Shown here piece after piece: positions 38,259 through 47,719 of a stretch of DNA of 54,773 nucleotides. The notes under the pieces are model-generated. The model had not been told where the DNA came from. It saw nothing but the letters and a program-made list of their open reading frames with translations, and did no database searches. The stretch is from Candidatus Hodarchaeota archaeon (lineage in GTDB: Archaea; Asgardarchaeota; Heimdallarchaeia; Hodarchaeales; Hodarchaeaceae). The stretch's first letter is position 1, and each line of letters opens with the position of its first letter. Made by a program: the position numbers and the translations under genes. The stretch lies in assembly GCA_016839815.1 (NCBI GenBank), contig JAEOTM010000196.1, positions 1 to 54,773 of the forward strand, given 5' to 3'.

Positions 38259-39680
38259 TTGAACAATATGAGTGAAGAACGGGAAAAAAGAAAACAAAAA
38301 ATAAAGAAAAAACGTACCCACATGAGTGTTCAAGAATCTCGTGAGCGGATTCGTAATTTCAACGAGGTTGCTCTTGGGTACACTGCGGAAGAAGTTCTCG
38401 AGGAAGCATCACGCTGTTTGAAATGCAAGAAACCCCGGTGTGTAAAAGGCTGTCCTGTAAATGTTCAAATTCCTGAATTCATTGAAAAAATACTTGAGAA
38501 TGATATTAATGGCGCGAAAGATATTATTCTCTGTACTAATAGTCTTCCAGCTATAACAGGACGAGTATGTCCACAAGAAAACCAGTGTCAAGAATTTTGC
38601 ATTCATCCTAATGCAATTTCCATTGGTAATTTAGAACGATATGTAGCTGATAATGGACAGATTGGAGAAAGACAAACAAAAAGTGATCTTGGAACAAAAG
38701 TTGCAGTTATTGGTTCTGGCCCCTCAGGATTGACGTGTGCAGCTGAACTCGCAACATTAGGCCATAACGTGACTGTTTATGAAGCACTACACGAATACGG
38801 TGGTGTTCTTACTTATGGTATTCCAGAATTTCGGATGCCAAAATCCATTGTTAATGAAGAGATTGAATCTGTCATGGCTTTAGGGGTAAAATTTGAAAAA
38901 GATGTGCTTGTTGGGAGAACAATTACTGTAAATGAGCTTTTAGAGAAACATCAATGTAATGCAGTTTATGTTGCCTCAGGAGCAGGAACACCGAATTTTC
39001 TGGGAATTCCTGGAGAAAATTTCAATGGAGTTTTTTCTGCAAATGAATTTCTTACTCGAGTTAACCTATTGAAAGGATACCAATTTCCAGATTTCGATAC
39101 ACCAGTAACCATCGGGGAAAAAGTAGCTGTTATTGGAGCTGGGAATGTTGCTATGGATTGTGCTCGGACTTCTCTTCGGTTAGGTGCACGAGAGGTCGAT
39201 ATTATCTATCGTCGATCCGAAGGAGAAATACCAGCTCGTTTAGAAGAAATAATTCACGCTAAAGATGAGGGAGTCGTAATTGGAGAATTAACATCGCCCT
39301 TAGAGATAATCGGAGATAATAAAGGGAATGTGGTGGGTCTTAAATGCATGAAAATGGATCTAGGAGAGAAAGATGCCTCTGGTCGTAGAAGACCGATTCC
39401 AATTCCAGAAACAGAGTTTATTTTTCCTGTGGATACAGTGATTATTGCTATTGGTCAACGCCCTAATCAACTGATAGCTCAAACAACTGAAGGACTGGAG
39501 ATTACTAAGTGGGGGACGTTTGTTCATAATGAAGAAACTGGAGCAACAACACGGGAAAGAATTTTTTGTGGAGGAGATGTAGCAACAGGTGCAGCAACAG
39601 TGATACTTGCTATGGAGGCTGGACGAAAAGCAGCTAAAGCAATTCACGAAATGATTCTAGAGAAAGATCTACAAGGGTAG
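38259..39680 (+). CDS. nfnB: Second NfnB/SudA large subunit, no C-terminal extension (start may be ATG 38268)
   Basis: RCLKCKKPRCVKGCP, GRVCPQENQC, YGIPEFR, GAGNVAMD, GGDVATGAATVI. Confidence 0.9.
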   Translation: MNNMSEEREKRKQKIKKKRTHMSVQESRERIRNFNEVALGYTAEEVLEEASRCLKCKKPRCVKGCPVNVQIPEFIEKILENDINGAKDIILCTNSLPAITGRVCPQENQCQEFCIHPNAISIGNLERYVADNGQIGERQTKSDLGTKVAVIGSGPSGLTCAAELATLGHNVTVYEALHEYGGVLTYGIPEFRMPKSIVNEEIESVMALGVKFEKDVLVGRTITVNELLEKHQCNAVYVASGAGTPNFLGIPGENFNGVFSANEFLTRVNLLKGYQFPDFDTPVTIGEKVAVIGAGNVAMDCARTSLRLGAREVDIIYRRSEGEIPARLEEIIHAKDEGVVIGELTSPLEIIGDNKGNVVGLKCMKMDLGEKDASGRRRPIPIPETEFIFPVDTVIIAIGQRPNQLIAQTTEGLEITKWGTFVHNEETGATTRERIFCGGDVATGAATVILAMEAGRKAAKAIHEMILEKDLQG

Positions 39681-39853
39681 ATCGTCCAAAGATCGGACTT
39701 ATATTTTGCTAGATATTATTTGATATTTTCAGAAATCCCAAGACGAGAGGGTTGGGTAATATTTTTGTGTGTCTAATAGTGATAGTAAGAATAATTATGA
39801 CAGAAAGATTTCTTAAACACTTACTACCAAATTAGGGTAGAAGGTGAGAAACC

Positions 39854-40351
39854 ATGAAAGAAAAATGGCAAGTTGTACCAAAAAGGGTGGGGAGAAGTAG
39901 AAAGATTCAAGTCCGCCAATTTGAACCTGAAGAGATATTTATTGAATTTGAATTACATGTAAATGATCCAGATTCCACTCAGGATGCTATAGACGAAGCA
40001 ACACAATTAGCTATTGCCTATCTTGATGCCGAAGAAAAACGATTACGCAAATCTCCTGAGTCCAAACCTCAAGTGAAATCACCTAAACAAAGTGTAAAGA
40101 AGGAATTTACAATACAAATCACAGATGAGGGGAAAAAATTAGGGAAATTCAATATTAACAGATCAAATGATGTTCAATTTGAAAATTTTGTCCATTTATG
40201 GCTTGAAATTGATAATGAAAAGATATATGTCGGATATCTTAGAAAAGATATTGGAGATTTTACAATAAAGGACAAAAATAAGAGTCTTCTAGAGAAGTAT
40301 GGTGTCCAAAGAGGAAAGCATTTTAGAATAATGCAAAAATTAAGTACCTAA
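39854..40351 (+). CDS. Hypothetical protein
   Basis: 165-aa ORF with GGTGA SD; two apparent domains joined by a Lys/Pro/Ser linker. Confidence 0.65.
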   Translation: MKEKWQVVPKRVGRSRKIQVRQFEPEEIFIEFELHVNDPDSTQDAIDEATQLAIAYLDAEEKRLRKSPESKPQVKSPKQSVKKEFTIQITDEGKKLGKFNINRSNDVQFENFVHLWLEIDNEKIYVGYLRKDIGDFTIKDKNKSLLEKYGVQRGKHFRIMQKLST

Positions 40352-40376
40352 ATTGTCACCAAGTTGGGATGAGAAA

Positions 40377-41267
40377 ATGGATCGACAAAGTCGGCATGCA
40401 GGTAGTTGGTATGAAGGTTCGAAAAAAACCTTATCACAACAGATTCATAATTTATTTCTTGACAAACAATGGGGTTATGGAGCGGATCCTCTTGAGAATT
40501 TAGATGATAGGGAATTTGACCCCCATCTTATTGGAATAGTTTCTCCCCATGCAGGATACGTTTATAGTGGACCTATTGCTTCTCATGGGTTTGCAGAAGT
40601 GTTTAAACGGCTGGAGAAAATTGACACAATTGTAATTTTAGGCCCTAATCATCAAGGATTAGGTGCACCCATTTCACTCTATCCTGATGGGCAATGGCAC
40701 AATCCTCTCGGATCTGTGAGTATTGATACGGAGTTTATTGAATATGCTAAGAAGTATGATTTTGGTTCCCTCCAAGGACGAATTGGGTTTGAACGACTTG
40801 CACATGTGAATGAACATTCGATCGATATCCAACTCCCTTTCTTACAGTATCTCTACAAAGGCCAGTTTAAGATTGTACCAATTTGCATTGGAGATCAGTC
40901 TTTTGATCCAACGGTTTCCACACTTTCAGCATTTTTAAAAGATTATATAAGCTCCCATTCAGAAAAAAGAATTCTAGTAGTAGCTAGTAGTGATTTCTCA
41001 CATGAACATAATTATGATCTTGTTGTCAAGAACGATAAGACGATGTTATCCTATTTGGAATCTATGAATCTACAAGAAGCTGAACAATTCAGACAAAGAA
41101 TAAGAATGACCATGTGCGGATATGCCCCCATATTCACCCTTATTCAGACCGCAAAAAATTTGGGGAATCCGTCAGTTCAGGTTCTAAAATACGCGAACAG
41201 CACGGATATACGACCAGGAGGAGGTTATACGGTCGGTTACGCGAGTATTCTAGTTAGATCATCTTAA
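40377..41267 (+). CDS. MEMO1-family protein (AmmeMemoRadiSam protein B)
   Basis: AGSWY, SPHAGYVYSG, GPNH, EHSIDIQLPFLQ, ASSDFSH, TMCG, VGYAS. Confidence 0.92.
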   Translation: MDRQSRHAGSWYEGSKKTLSQQIHNLFLDKQWGYGADPLENLDDREFDPHLIGIVSPHAGYVYSGPIASHGFAEVFKRLEKIDTIVILGPNHQGLGAPISLYPDGQWHNPLGSVSIDTEFIEYAKKYDFGSLQGRIGFERLAHVNEHSIDIQLPFLQYLYKGQFKIVPICIGDQSFDPTVSTLSAFLKDYISSHSEKRILVVASSDFSHEHNYDLVVKNDKTMLSYLESMNLQEAEQFRQRIRMTMCGYAPIFTLIQTAKNLGNPSVQVLKYANSTDIRPGGGYTVGYASILVRSS

Positions 41268-41306
41268 ATTTTTACTTAAAACACCTATTTTATTGGAAAT
41301 AAGAAA

Positions 41307-42269
41307 ATGAGTTCAGATATCTTAGTAGTAGGAAAAGTTGCTTATAAAATCAGTTTCAATGTTCTAAACAACTTCTCAAAATTTACCGAGTTAGACATTC
41401 ATCAGACGGGAAATGCACAACGAGAATATGATGGTATGGCTTCTAATATAGTTTATGGATTAAGTATACTAGGAGATTCACCAATCCTTACTTCTATGGT
41501 GGGTAAAGACTTTGATTGGTACTTCAAACCTCATTTTGAGCAGTTAGGTGTAAAATTAAGGATATTTCATGATTTTGAAAAAGAAACTGCTTGTAACTAC
41601 CATTTAATGGATGAGAATGACCATTACGTCATTTTGCAGCAAAATAATTGTTATAATTACATTGCTGAACAATCCATGGAAGAAAAATTCCCTCCAAAAC
41701 TCTTTGATAAGCTTAATGTAATTTTTGTAGGGACAGGAAAGGTGGAAGCAGATGTAAAATTCCTTAACTATCTTCATGACATGAATAAAAGCATTCCTGT
41801 AGTATATTCCCCTGATGGGAATATAAATGAGGTTTCCCAATGGAGATTCTCTCAACTTTTAGAGAAAATTTCGATACTTATTTGTGAAGAGAGTGAATTA
41901 CAGATTCTCGAAAAAAAGGCTAAAGAATCTCGTTTTGATTTCTTAATGAAATTTCCGCGCCTTAAATATATAATTTCTATGGAGACACGTTCTAAAGTCA
42001 TAATTCATGCAAGAGAAATGAAGATAAAAGTCACTGAAGGACCAATCACAGATGAAATATCTATTGATGGATGGCAAGATGCATTCCGCGCAGGTTTAAT
42101 ATCTGGAGTGTCAAAAAAGAAACCAATTGATGATGCTGCAAAATTGGCTGCCTCACTCGCTTCTTATTATGTAGAATCACAAGGCCATCATAAATACTCA
42201 CCTAGTATTGAACAGGTTCAACTACGAGCATTTGAAGTAAAAACAATTAAGAAAGATAGAATGAACTAG
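41307..42269 (+). CDS. PfkB/ribokinase-family kinase-like protein
   Basis: GMASNIVYGLSILG, VGKDF, DAFRAG; divergent anion-hole region. Confidence 0.78.
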   Translation: MSSDILVVGKVAYKISFNVLNNFSKFTELDIHQTGNAQREYDGMASNIVYGLSILGDSPILTSMVGKDFDWYFKPHFEQLGVKLRIFHDFEKETACNYHLMDENDHYVILQQNNCYNYIAEQSMEEKFPPKLFDKLNVIFVGTGKVEADVKFLNYLHDMNKSIPVVYSPDGNINEVSQWRFSQLLEKISILICEESELQILEKKAKESRFDFLMKFPRLKYIISMETRSKVIIHAREMKIKVTEGPITDEISIDGWQDAFRAGLISGVSKKKPIDDAAKLAASLASYYVESQGHHKYSPSIEQVQLRAFEVKTIKKDRMN

Positions 42270-42279
42270 GACATACAAG

Positions 42280-42657
42280 TTAGGTGGCAATCCCTCTTGC
42301 GGTAGCTCCGTGACTCCATAATGAAATCTGTTTGAAATTAACAAATTCTAACCCTATTTCCTCTAATTCTTTTCTTACAACCATTTTAATACGATTCACG
42401 ATAATGGGCCTTTGATTAACAATTTCATCTTCATTAATATCCTTGAGAATTAAATCAATATGACGTTGAATTTGAAAGTAGAGAAAAACATTAACAGAGT
42501 CAAGATCTAGATTTCCCTCTGTGACTTGTGCGAACAAATCTAGATCCTTTGTATGATAGTTAAGAATACCTCGGAAATCAATTTCAACATTATTATGGGG
42601 AGATATACGTGTATAGGCGAAATCAAGTGAGTAAATACAGTACTCTTTAATTTCCAT
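42280..42657 (-). CDS. Minimal SPFH/band-7-like domain protein
   Basis: Pattern FRG-x3-Y-x3-D...EIVNQR-x2-I-x3-I...L-x3-GLEFVNF resembles the SPFH core. Confidence 0.45.
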   Translation of the reverse strand: MEIKEYCIYSLDFAYTRISPHNNVEIDFRGILNYHTKDLDLFAQVTEGNLDLDSVNVFLYFQIQRHIDLILKDINEDEIVNQRPIIVNRIKMVVRKELEEIGLEFVNFKQISLWSHGATARGIAT

Positions 42658-42674
42658 ATGTAATATGCTTCCTA

Positions 42675-44468
42675 TTAGGTATTACTTGCTATTAACTCCG
42701 TGAAAGTAAATTTATCTACATCTACAAGTCCTTTATCAGTGATCTTCAAATGTGGAATTACTGGAAGGGCCATGAATGATAAAGCCATTAGTGGTTCATC
42801 AAATGTTGACACTTCATCCCGAAAAATATGATTAATTGCTTCTAGTTCATGAAGTAAGGTTTGAAAAGATTGAGTACTCATTAAACCACCAAATGGGAGG
42901 GGGACTTTACCAACCTTATCGTCTGCGATTACAACATATCCCCCTTTGATACCTTGTAGTAAGCTAATTGCTTCTACCATAGTTTCATGATCAGTACCTG
43001 CAACTAATAAATTATGACTATCATGGGCAACAGTTGTAGCCATAGCAAATTGCTCTGCAGTAATCTTAAAACCTTGGATAAATGCGTTTGAAATATTACC
43101 ATTAACCCCATATCTCTCTAAGACAGAAATAGCTAATACATCTTCTTTAGGATTTGGATGAATCCATCCGTCTTTAACCTCTAAAGTTACTTGTTTTAAA
43201 TCAGTGAGGAGGGAATTTGGAAGAACACCGATGACATTGACGGGATAAAATCCGTTTTCTACTGAAGTTTTTGCTTGTAATTTTTCCATGGAAGGAGGAT
43301 TTAAGAGCTTAATTGTATCTTGAGCCCAATCAGGAATCGTAGAATCTGGGAATTCCCACAATAATTCATTGTTTAAGTAGACTAGATTACCTTGAGAAAT
43401 AACGGTTGAAACCTGAAATTCAGATAAATCATCCAATAAAATGACATCAGCTATCTTCCCAGGAGCAATGGAACCGATTTCATTGTGAAGATCTAGGTAT
43501 GTTGCTGCATTAATGGTCACCATTTGAATCGCAGTTAATACATCAATTCCTTCAGCGACAGCCATTCGGACATGAGCATTCATATGGCCATTAGAGACGA
43601 GATCAATCACATTTCGATCATCAGAGCATAGAGTACAATTCCGGAGATCAAGATCCTTATTATTAACAAGTTTTAATACGTTGTGCAGATCTTTAGCAAA
43701 AGATCCCTCTCGTGCCATAGTAATCATTCCTTTTCTTAGTTTCTCCAATAATTCTTCCCCTGTTGTGCTTTCATGATCGGATTTTATTCCCGTGGCGATA
43801 TAGGCATCTAAATCTCTCCCTGAAACGCCTGGACTGTGACCATCGATAACCGAAAGTTGTTTTCCTAAAAGAACTTTCTTCAATACACTTTCATTCTTGA
43901 ATAAGACTCCAGGGTAGTTCATTACTTCCCCTAATCCATAAAAACGAGGTTCTGTTCGAATGAACTCCTCAATTGAATTCTCATCAATTGTAAAGCCAGT
44001 TGTTTCAAGGCCTGGAGCTGCAGGAACACATGAAGGAATCTCTATTAGGAGTCGTAGTGGCTGTTTTTCTGCAAGATCGAGAAGTAATTTCAGACCTTTT
44101 TCTCCCAATGCATTCCCTATCTCATGAGGATCCATTATTGACGTTGTTGTTCCGTGGGGTACTACTAATCTAGCAAATTCTGAAGGTGGAAGCATAGTAC
44201 TTTCAATATGTAAATGAGATTCGATAAACCCAGGTGAGATATATTTTCCTTGTGCATCAACGACTTTTTTACAATTAGTTGGATCAAGGACTCCAGGTTC
44301 CGCAACGTTTGTAATTCGATCTTTATAAATTGCAATATCTGCTAAATATATCTCTCGAGTAAGAACGTTGAGAAGTGATCCATTCAAAATATGAATATCA
44401 GCAGGGATTTCTCCCCGTGCGCACGAAATTAACTCTTTAAGAAACGAAATATCCAAGTAAATCACCAA
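42675..44468 (-). CDS. ade: Adenine deaminase
   Basis: PGFIESHLHIES, DPHEIGN, EVMNYPGV, DGHSP, SDHE, GSIAPGK, AHDSHN, LPVIPHLKITDKGL. Confidence 0.93.
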   Translation of the reverse strand: MVIYLDISFLKELISCARGEIPADIHILNGSLLNVLTREIYLADIAIYKDRITNVAEPGVLDPTNCKKVVDAQGKYISPGFIESHLHIESTMLPPSEFARLVVPHGTTTSIMDPHEIGNALGEKGLKLLLDLAEKQPLRLLIEIPSCVPAAPGLETTGFTIDENSIEEFIRTEPRFYGLGEVMNYPGVLFKNESVLKKVLLGKQLSVIDGHSPGVSGRDLDAYIATGIKSDHESTTGEELLEKLRKGMITMAREGSFAKDLHNVLKLVNNKDLDLRNCTLCSDDRNVIDLVSNGHMNAHVRMAVAEGIDVLTAIQMVTINAATYLDLHNEIGSIAPGKIADVILLDDLSEFQVSTVISQGNLVYLNNELLWEFPDSTIPDWAQDTIKLLNPPSMEKLQAKTSVENGFYPVNVIGVLPNSLLTDLKQVTLEVKDGWIHPNPKEDVLAISVLERYGVNGNISNAFIQGFKITAEQFAMATTVAHDSHNLLVAGTDHETMVEAISLLQGIKGGYVVIADDKVGKVPLPFGGLMSTQSFQTLLHELEAINHIFRDEVSTFDEPLMALSFMALPVIPHLKITDKGLVDVDKFTFTELIASNT

Positions 44469-44488
44469 GAATGGATGATGAAGAATAA

Positions 44489-45337
44489 TTAATGGAAGTA
44501 TTTTGTAATAAGATCTGCCAGACTCTCCGAATCAATCTCTTTTCGTTTATCGATTGATAAGGAGATTGAGTTTGAACTTTTGGAGAACTTTACACAATCA
44601 GTGATATTATCGAGAATTGCTTGTTTCAACATAACTGGTAAGCTCAAACGAAGAAATGCTTTGTTCCGCTCTGCAGTTTGATCCATATTATAATCAACAA
44701 TACTAATCAATTCTTCCGTTCGTGAGATTAAGCTATGAAAATCATCTTTAATAACCGTGACAACGGAGTCTTCACATTCTTTATTTTCTTCGAGTTCAAA
44801 GACTTCTTTCATCGTCGTCGTCATTGGATTAAGAACATTCTCGACAAAGGTAGCTAGCGATGTTTCTAGCTGTTCCTCAAAATCAATCTGAAGAAAATTA
44901 TTGAGGGCTACAAAGTAATCTTTTCTCAAAGGGCGTAATTCTGCAGTCGTTGCATAGAGATTCTTATCCGCTCTTCTTATGGATATTGGGTAAACATCTC
45001 CTCGGAATATTTCTAGATAACCAGTCTCGGGTACTTCTTCCGTGATGAGAGTATAACCTCCAATCAGCTGAGCTAACCCCTCAAAAAATTCAACGGTTAC
45101 CATTGGCATCAATTCTAGTGGATAATCATCATCTGGGCTGACACGATAGTTAACATTATCAACAGGGGAATTGAAAGTAATAATATCAATAATTTCCTGA
45201 GAACCGTCACGATTGATAGTGAAACTAATTTTTTCAGGAGTGACACTAAAGGATTTGAGTGTTTCTATTCCTGGTAAATTGAATTCTCTTGTTGTTGATC
45301 CTTGAATCGAAATCGGGGGATATAACATAAAATGCAT
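44489..45337 (-). CDS. Hypothetical acidic protein
   Basis: 282-aa ORF in a co-directional run; no motif recognised. Confidence 0.65.
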   Translation of the reverse strand: MHFMLYPPISIQGSTTREFNLPGIETLKSFSVTPEKISFTINRDGSQEIIDIITFNSPVDNVNYRVSPDDDYPLELMPMVTVEFFEGLAQLIGGYTLITEEVPETGYLEIFRGDVYPISIRRADKNLYATTAELRPLRKDYFVALNNFLQIDFEEQLETSLATFVENVLNPMTTTMKEVFELEENKECEDSVVTVIKDDFHSLISRTEELISIVDYNMDQTAERNKAFLRLSLPVMLKQAILDNITDCVKFSKSSNSISLSIDKRKEIDSESLADLITKYFH

Positions 45338-45437
45338 GCGGAATTCTCCAAATTACTTTCTTCAATGAGAAACGATAACGTGTAATATATGTGTTTTTTC
45401 CCCCGATTAAGGTTTCGTGTTGACAACTATTTTTCAA

Positions 45438-47255
45438 TTATTTTTCTGATTTTTGGAGTAGATCCGCTAAACCACTTGTTTGAAGCCAATCACGATCAGT
45501 TTGTTTCATACGAGAAAAATCACGTGTTTTTTGTGATTTTTTATCCTTTTTTGTTCTATTATTAGAGCGTTCAAGCATCTGATCAAAAAGGTTCAATGCT
45601 TCACGAGCTGTAAGTTCATTTATACGATCAAAAAACCATGGCTCCAAGCTATTCTTCCGTTTATTTTTTAGCCAGCGAAAATTTCCATCAAGAAATATAG
45701 TTATTCCCCAATCTGTAGGATTACGTTGAATTCTTCCATGTGCTTGTTGAATGGTTATTAATACATCATTTTCAAGAAAATTGGGGTATTTCTGTACCTT
45801 TCTCTGAACTAAAGGGTCGTACATCATAGGAAAAGGAACTTTGGGAATAAGACAAAGTCGTGCTAAATCATCATCTAAGGAAATTCCTTCCCAGGCTGAG
45901 GGAGTGATTAAGACATCACCCTTTTTAGAATTAATGAAAGATTTAACGGCACTATCAGACTTTCCTGCAGAATGAGTTATCACTACTAATCCATTTGCTC
46001 GCGCCAAACCCTCCATTAAACGTGCGAGTTCAAAGCTTGAAGCTAAAATTAGCCCACGTTGTTGATGTTTATACAATGACCTTAAAAAAGGTTGTGCGTG
46101 CTTTTGTATAAAGTCAAAGGTATTTTTTTTCTTATCAGAGGTAGCGGTAGAAAGATTTTGTGCCTCCTTTAGCAAGACGAAGGGATGATTATTTTTATCA
46201 AAGGCAGAAGACTCTCTTATATATAAACAGTGTTTTGAATTAATTCCCAGTAATTTAGCAAGATATTCACCATCACCGATAGTAGCTGACATGAATAGAT
46301 TTTTTCCTCCCCGAAATAACTTTGAAAATATATATGCGATATCAAATGGTTGAATGGATAGTTTTAAACTGTTAGTCGATCGATCTCTTTGAAGAAAAAA
46401 GGCAAGATCAGCGTCTGTTGGATTTTCAATAAGCTCTGAAATTGCAGAGATCAACTCAGTAACCCTCCTGAAATCCCTTAAACTGTCTAAACTAATCGAA
46501 TCGGGTCTTGTATTCATCCGCTGTGCTATAAATAACTCTTTTTGTGCTAGTCCTCCTTTTAATTGACGAAGGAAATCTAATCCTTCTTGCAGTTCTATGT
46601 TAATGTATTTATTATCCTTTAAAAGAGTTTTTTCCCAATTTTGAAAGGTACCAAGCGGCTTTTCGTCATTAACCAGTGATCGCAACAATGACGAGCTGAT
46701 TTCTACTCGGACTAAAGCTTCTAGATTCAATAGATTATGCGCTTCATCGAAAATCCGAAAAGTAGCTTTGTCCTCACCCAGATCTACGTATTTAAATACC
46801 CACCAATTGAGAATTCTTACGTGGCTTTTTCTAATCTCTCTTCGTGCCTTGAGAAGAGGGCATCGTTGACGTGATCGACAAGTTCTAGCATAGGGGGGAT
46901 CAAATGCACAGGGTGAGATATTCGCACCTGATTTAATTATAGGACAATAATAAGCAGCTCTTCCCTTCAAAAGAGCTACTGAAAATCCATGTTTTCTTCC
47001 ATATTGCTGTAAAACCGAATACCAGAAGTCTTGGTGCATTTTATACGGAACAATGATGTCAATCTTTCCATTCGAATTTGCATGGAGATAGTTTGATAAC
47101 AAGCAAGCAGCAATATCCGTTTTTCCAGAACCTGTGGGTAAGGAACAAAAGAAGGAGGAAAAACGAGACCAATTCTCTTGAATTTGGTTAAAAGTTCTCT
47201 GTTGTTGTGGTCTTACAGTTGGGTGAATGATCAGATCAGAAATAGTCAAAGTCAA
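45438..47255 (-). CDS. DinG/XPD (Rad3)-family SF2 helicase
   Basis: RPQQ Q-motif, PTGSGKT, four-Cys FeS region, DEAHNL, MSATI, EGISL, KVPFP, QAHGRIQR. Confidence 0.88.
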   Translation of the reverse strand: MTLTISDLIIHPTVRPQQQRTFNQIQENWSRFSSFFCSLPTGSGKTDIAACLLSNYLHANSNGKIDIIVPYKMHQDFWYSVLQQYGRKHGFSVALLKGRAAYYCPIIKSGANISPCAFDPPYARTCRSRQRCPLLKARREIRKSHVRILNWWVFKYVDLGEDKATFRIFDEAHNLLNLEALVRVEISSSLLRSLVNDEKPLGTFQNWEKTLLKDNKYINIELQEGLDFLRQLKGGLAQKELFIAQRMNTRPDSISLDSLRDFRRVTELISAISELIENPTDADLAFFLQRDRSTNSLKLSIQPFDIAYIFSKLFRGGKNLFMSATIGDGEYLAKLLGINSKHCLYIRESSAFDKNNHPFVLLKEAQNLSTATSDKKKNTFDFIQKHAQPFLRSLYKHQQRGLILASSFELARLMEGLARANGLVVITHSAGKSDSAVKSFINSKKGDVLITPSAWEGISLDDDLARLCLIPKVPFPMMYDPLVQRKVQKYPNFLENDVLITIQQAHGRIQRNPTDWGITIFLDGNFRWLKNKRKNSLEPWFFDRINELTAREALNLFDQMLERSNNRTKKDKKSQKTRDFSRMKQTDRDWLQTSGLADLLQKSEK

Positions 47256-47453
47256 GAGTTTTCTCCTTTGAAAAAATATTCTAGCAAGTATTCAAAACAT
47301 TCTAGTTTCTGGAGATGAGATATCCCTAACTTCAATTCTTTACTAAACAATTTTAATAACTTGAGATTTTCTTTCGTCTGAATCCAAATTAAATCGGACT
47401 CCCTTACTTCCAAATATATGAACAAAATTAGTAAACAAAAGGAGCTAAGACGG

Positions 47454-47702
47454 ATGGTAGATGCTGTCATATTATTGTGTGTCATGCCTGGAACTGAGCA
47501 GACTGTAAAGGAGAAAGTTCTTGAGTTAAATGAAGTTAGAAAATGCAATATTACTTTTGGAGAATATGACTTATTCTTAGACGTCAAAGCAAAAAATGTA
47601 AAAACCTTAGGGAGTTTTGTTACGAAAGAGATTCGTCGAGTCTCTGGTGTAACGAAATCAATAACATTGATAATTAGTGAATCCTTAGAAGATAATGGAT
47701 GA
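47454..47702 (+). CDS. Stand-alone Lrp/AsnC ligand-binding (RAM) domain protein
   Basis: A-x-IL...PG-x-E...TFGEYD...IRRVSGVTKSITLI; GGAG upstream of ATG 47454. Confidence 0.85.
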   Translation: MVDAVILLCVMPGTEQTVKEKVLELNEVRKCNITFGEYDLFLDVKAKNVKTLGSFVTKEIRRVSGVTKSITLIISESLEDNG

Positions 47703-47719
47703 GCTTCTGAGAATTCCAA

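Noticed and set aside
31957-39680. Glutamate synthase annotation for the two GltD-like genes
   Set aside because: Each is paired with an NfnA/SudB gene or domain, and no glutamate synthase large subunit is present in the window.
47252-47719. 155-aa minus-strand ORF that neatly fills the gap between the ABC ATPase and the helicase
   Set aside because: It is antisense to a clear Lrp/AsnC RAM-domain gene with its own SD, and has no recognisable motifs.
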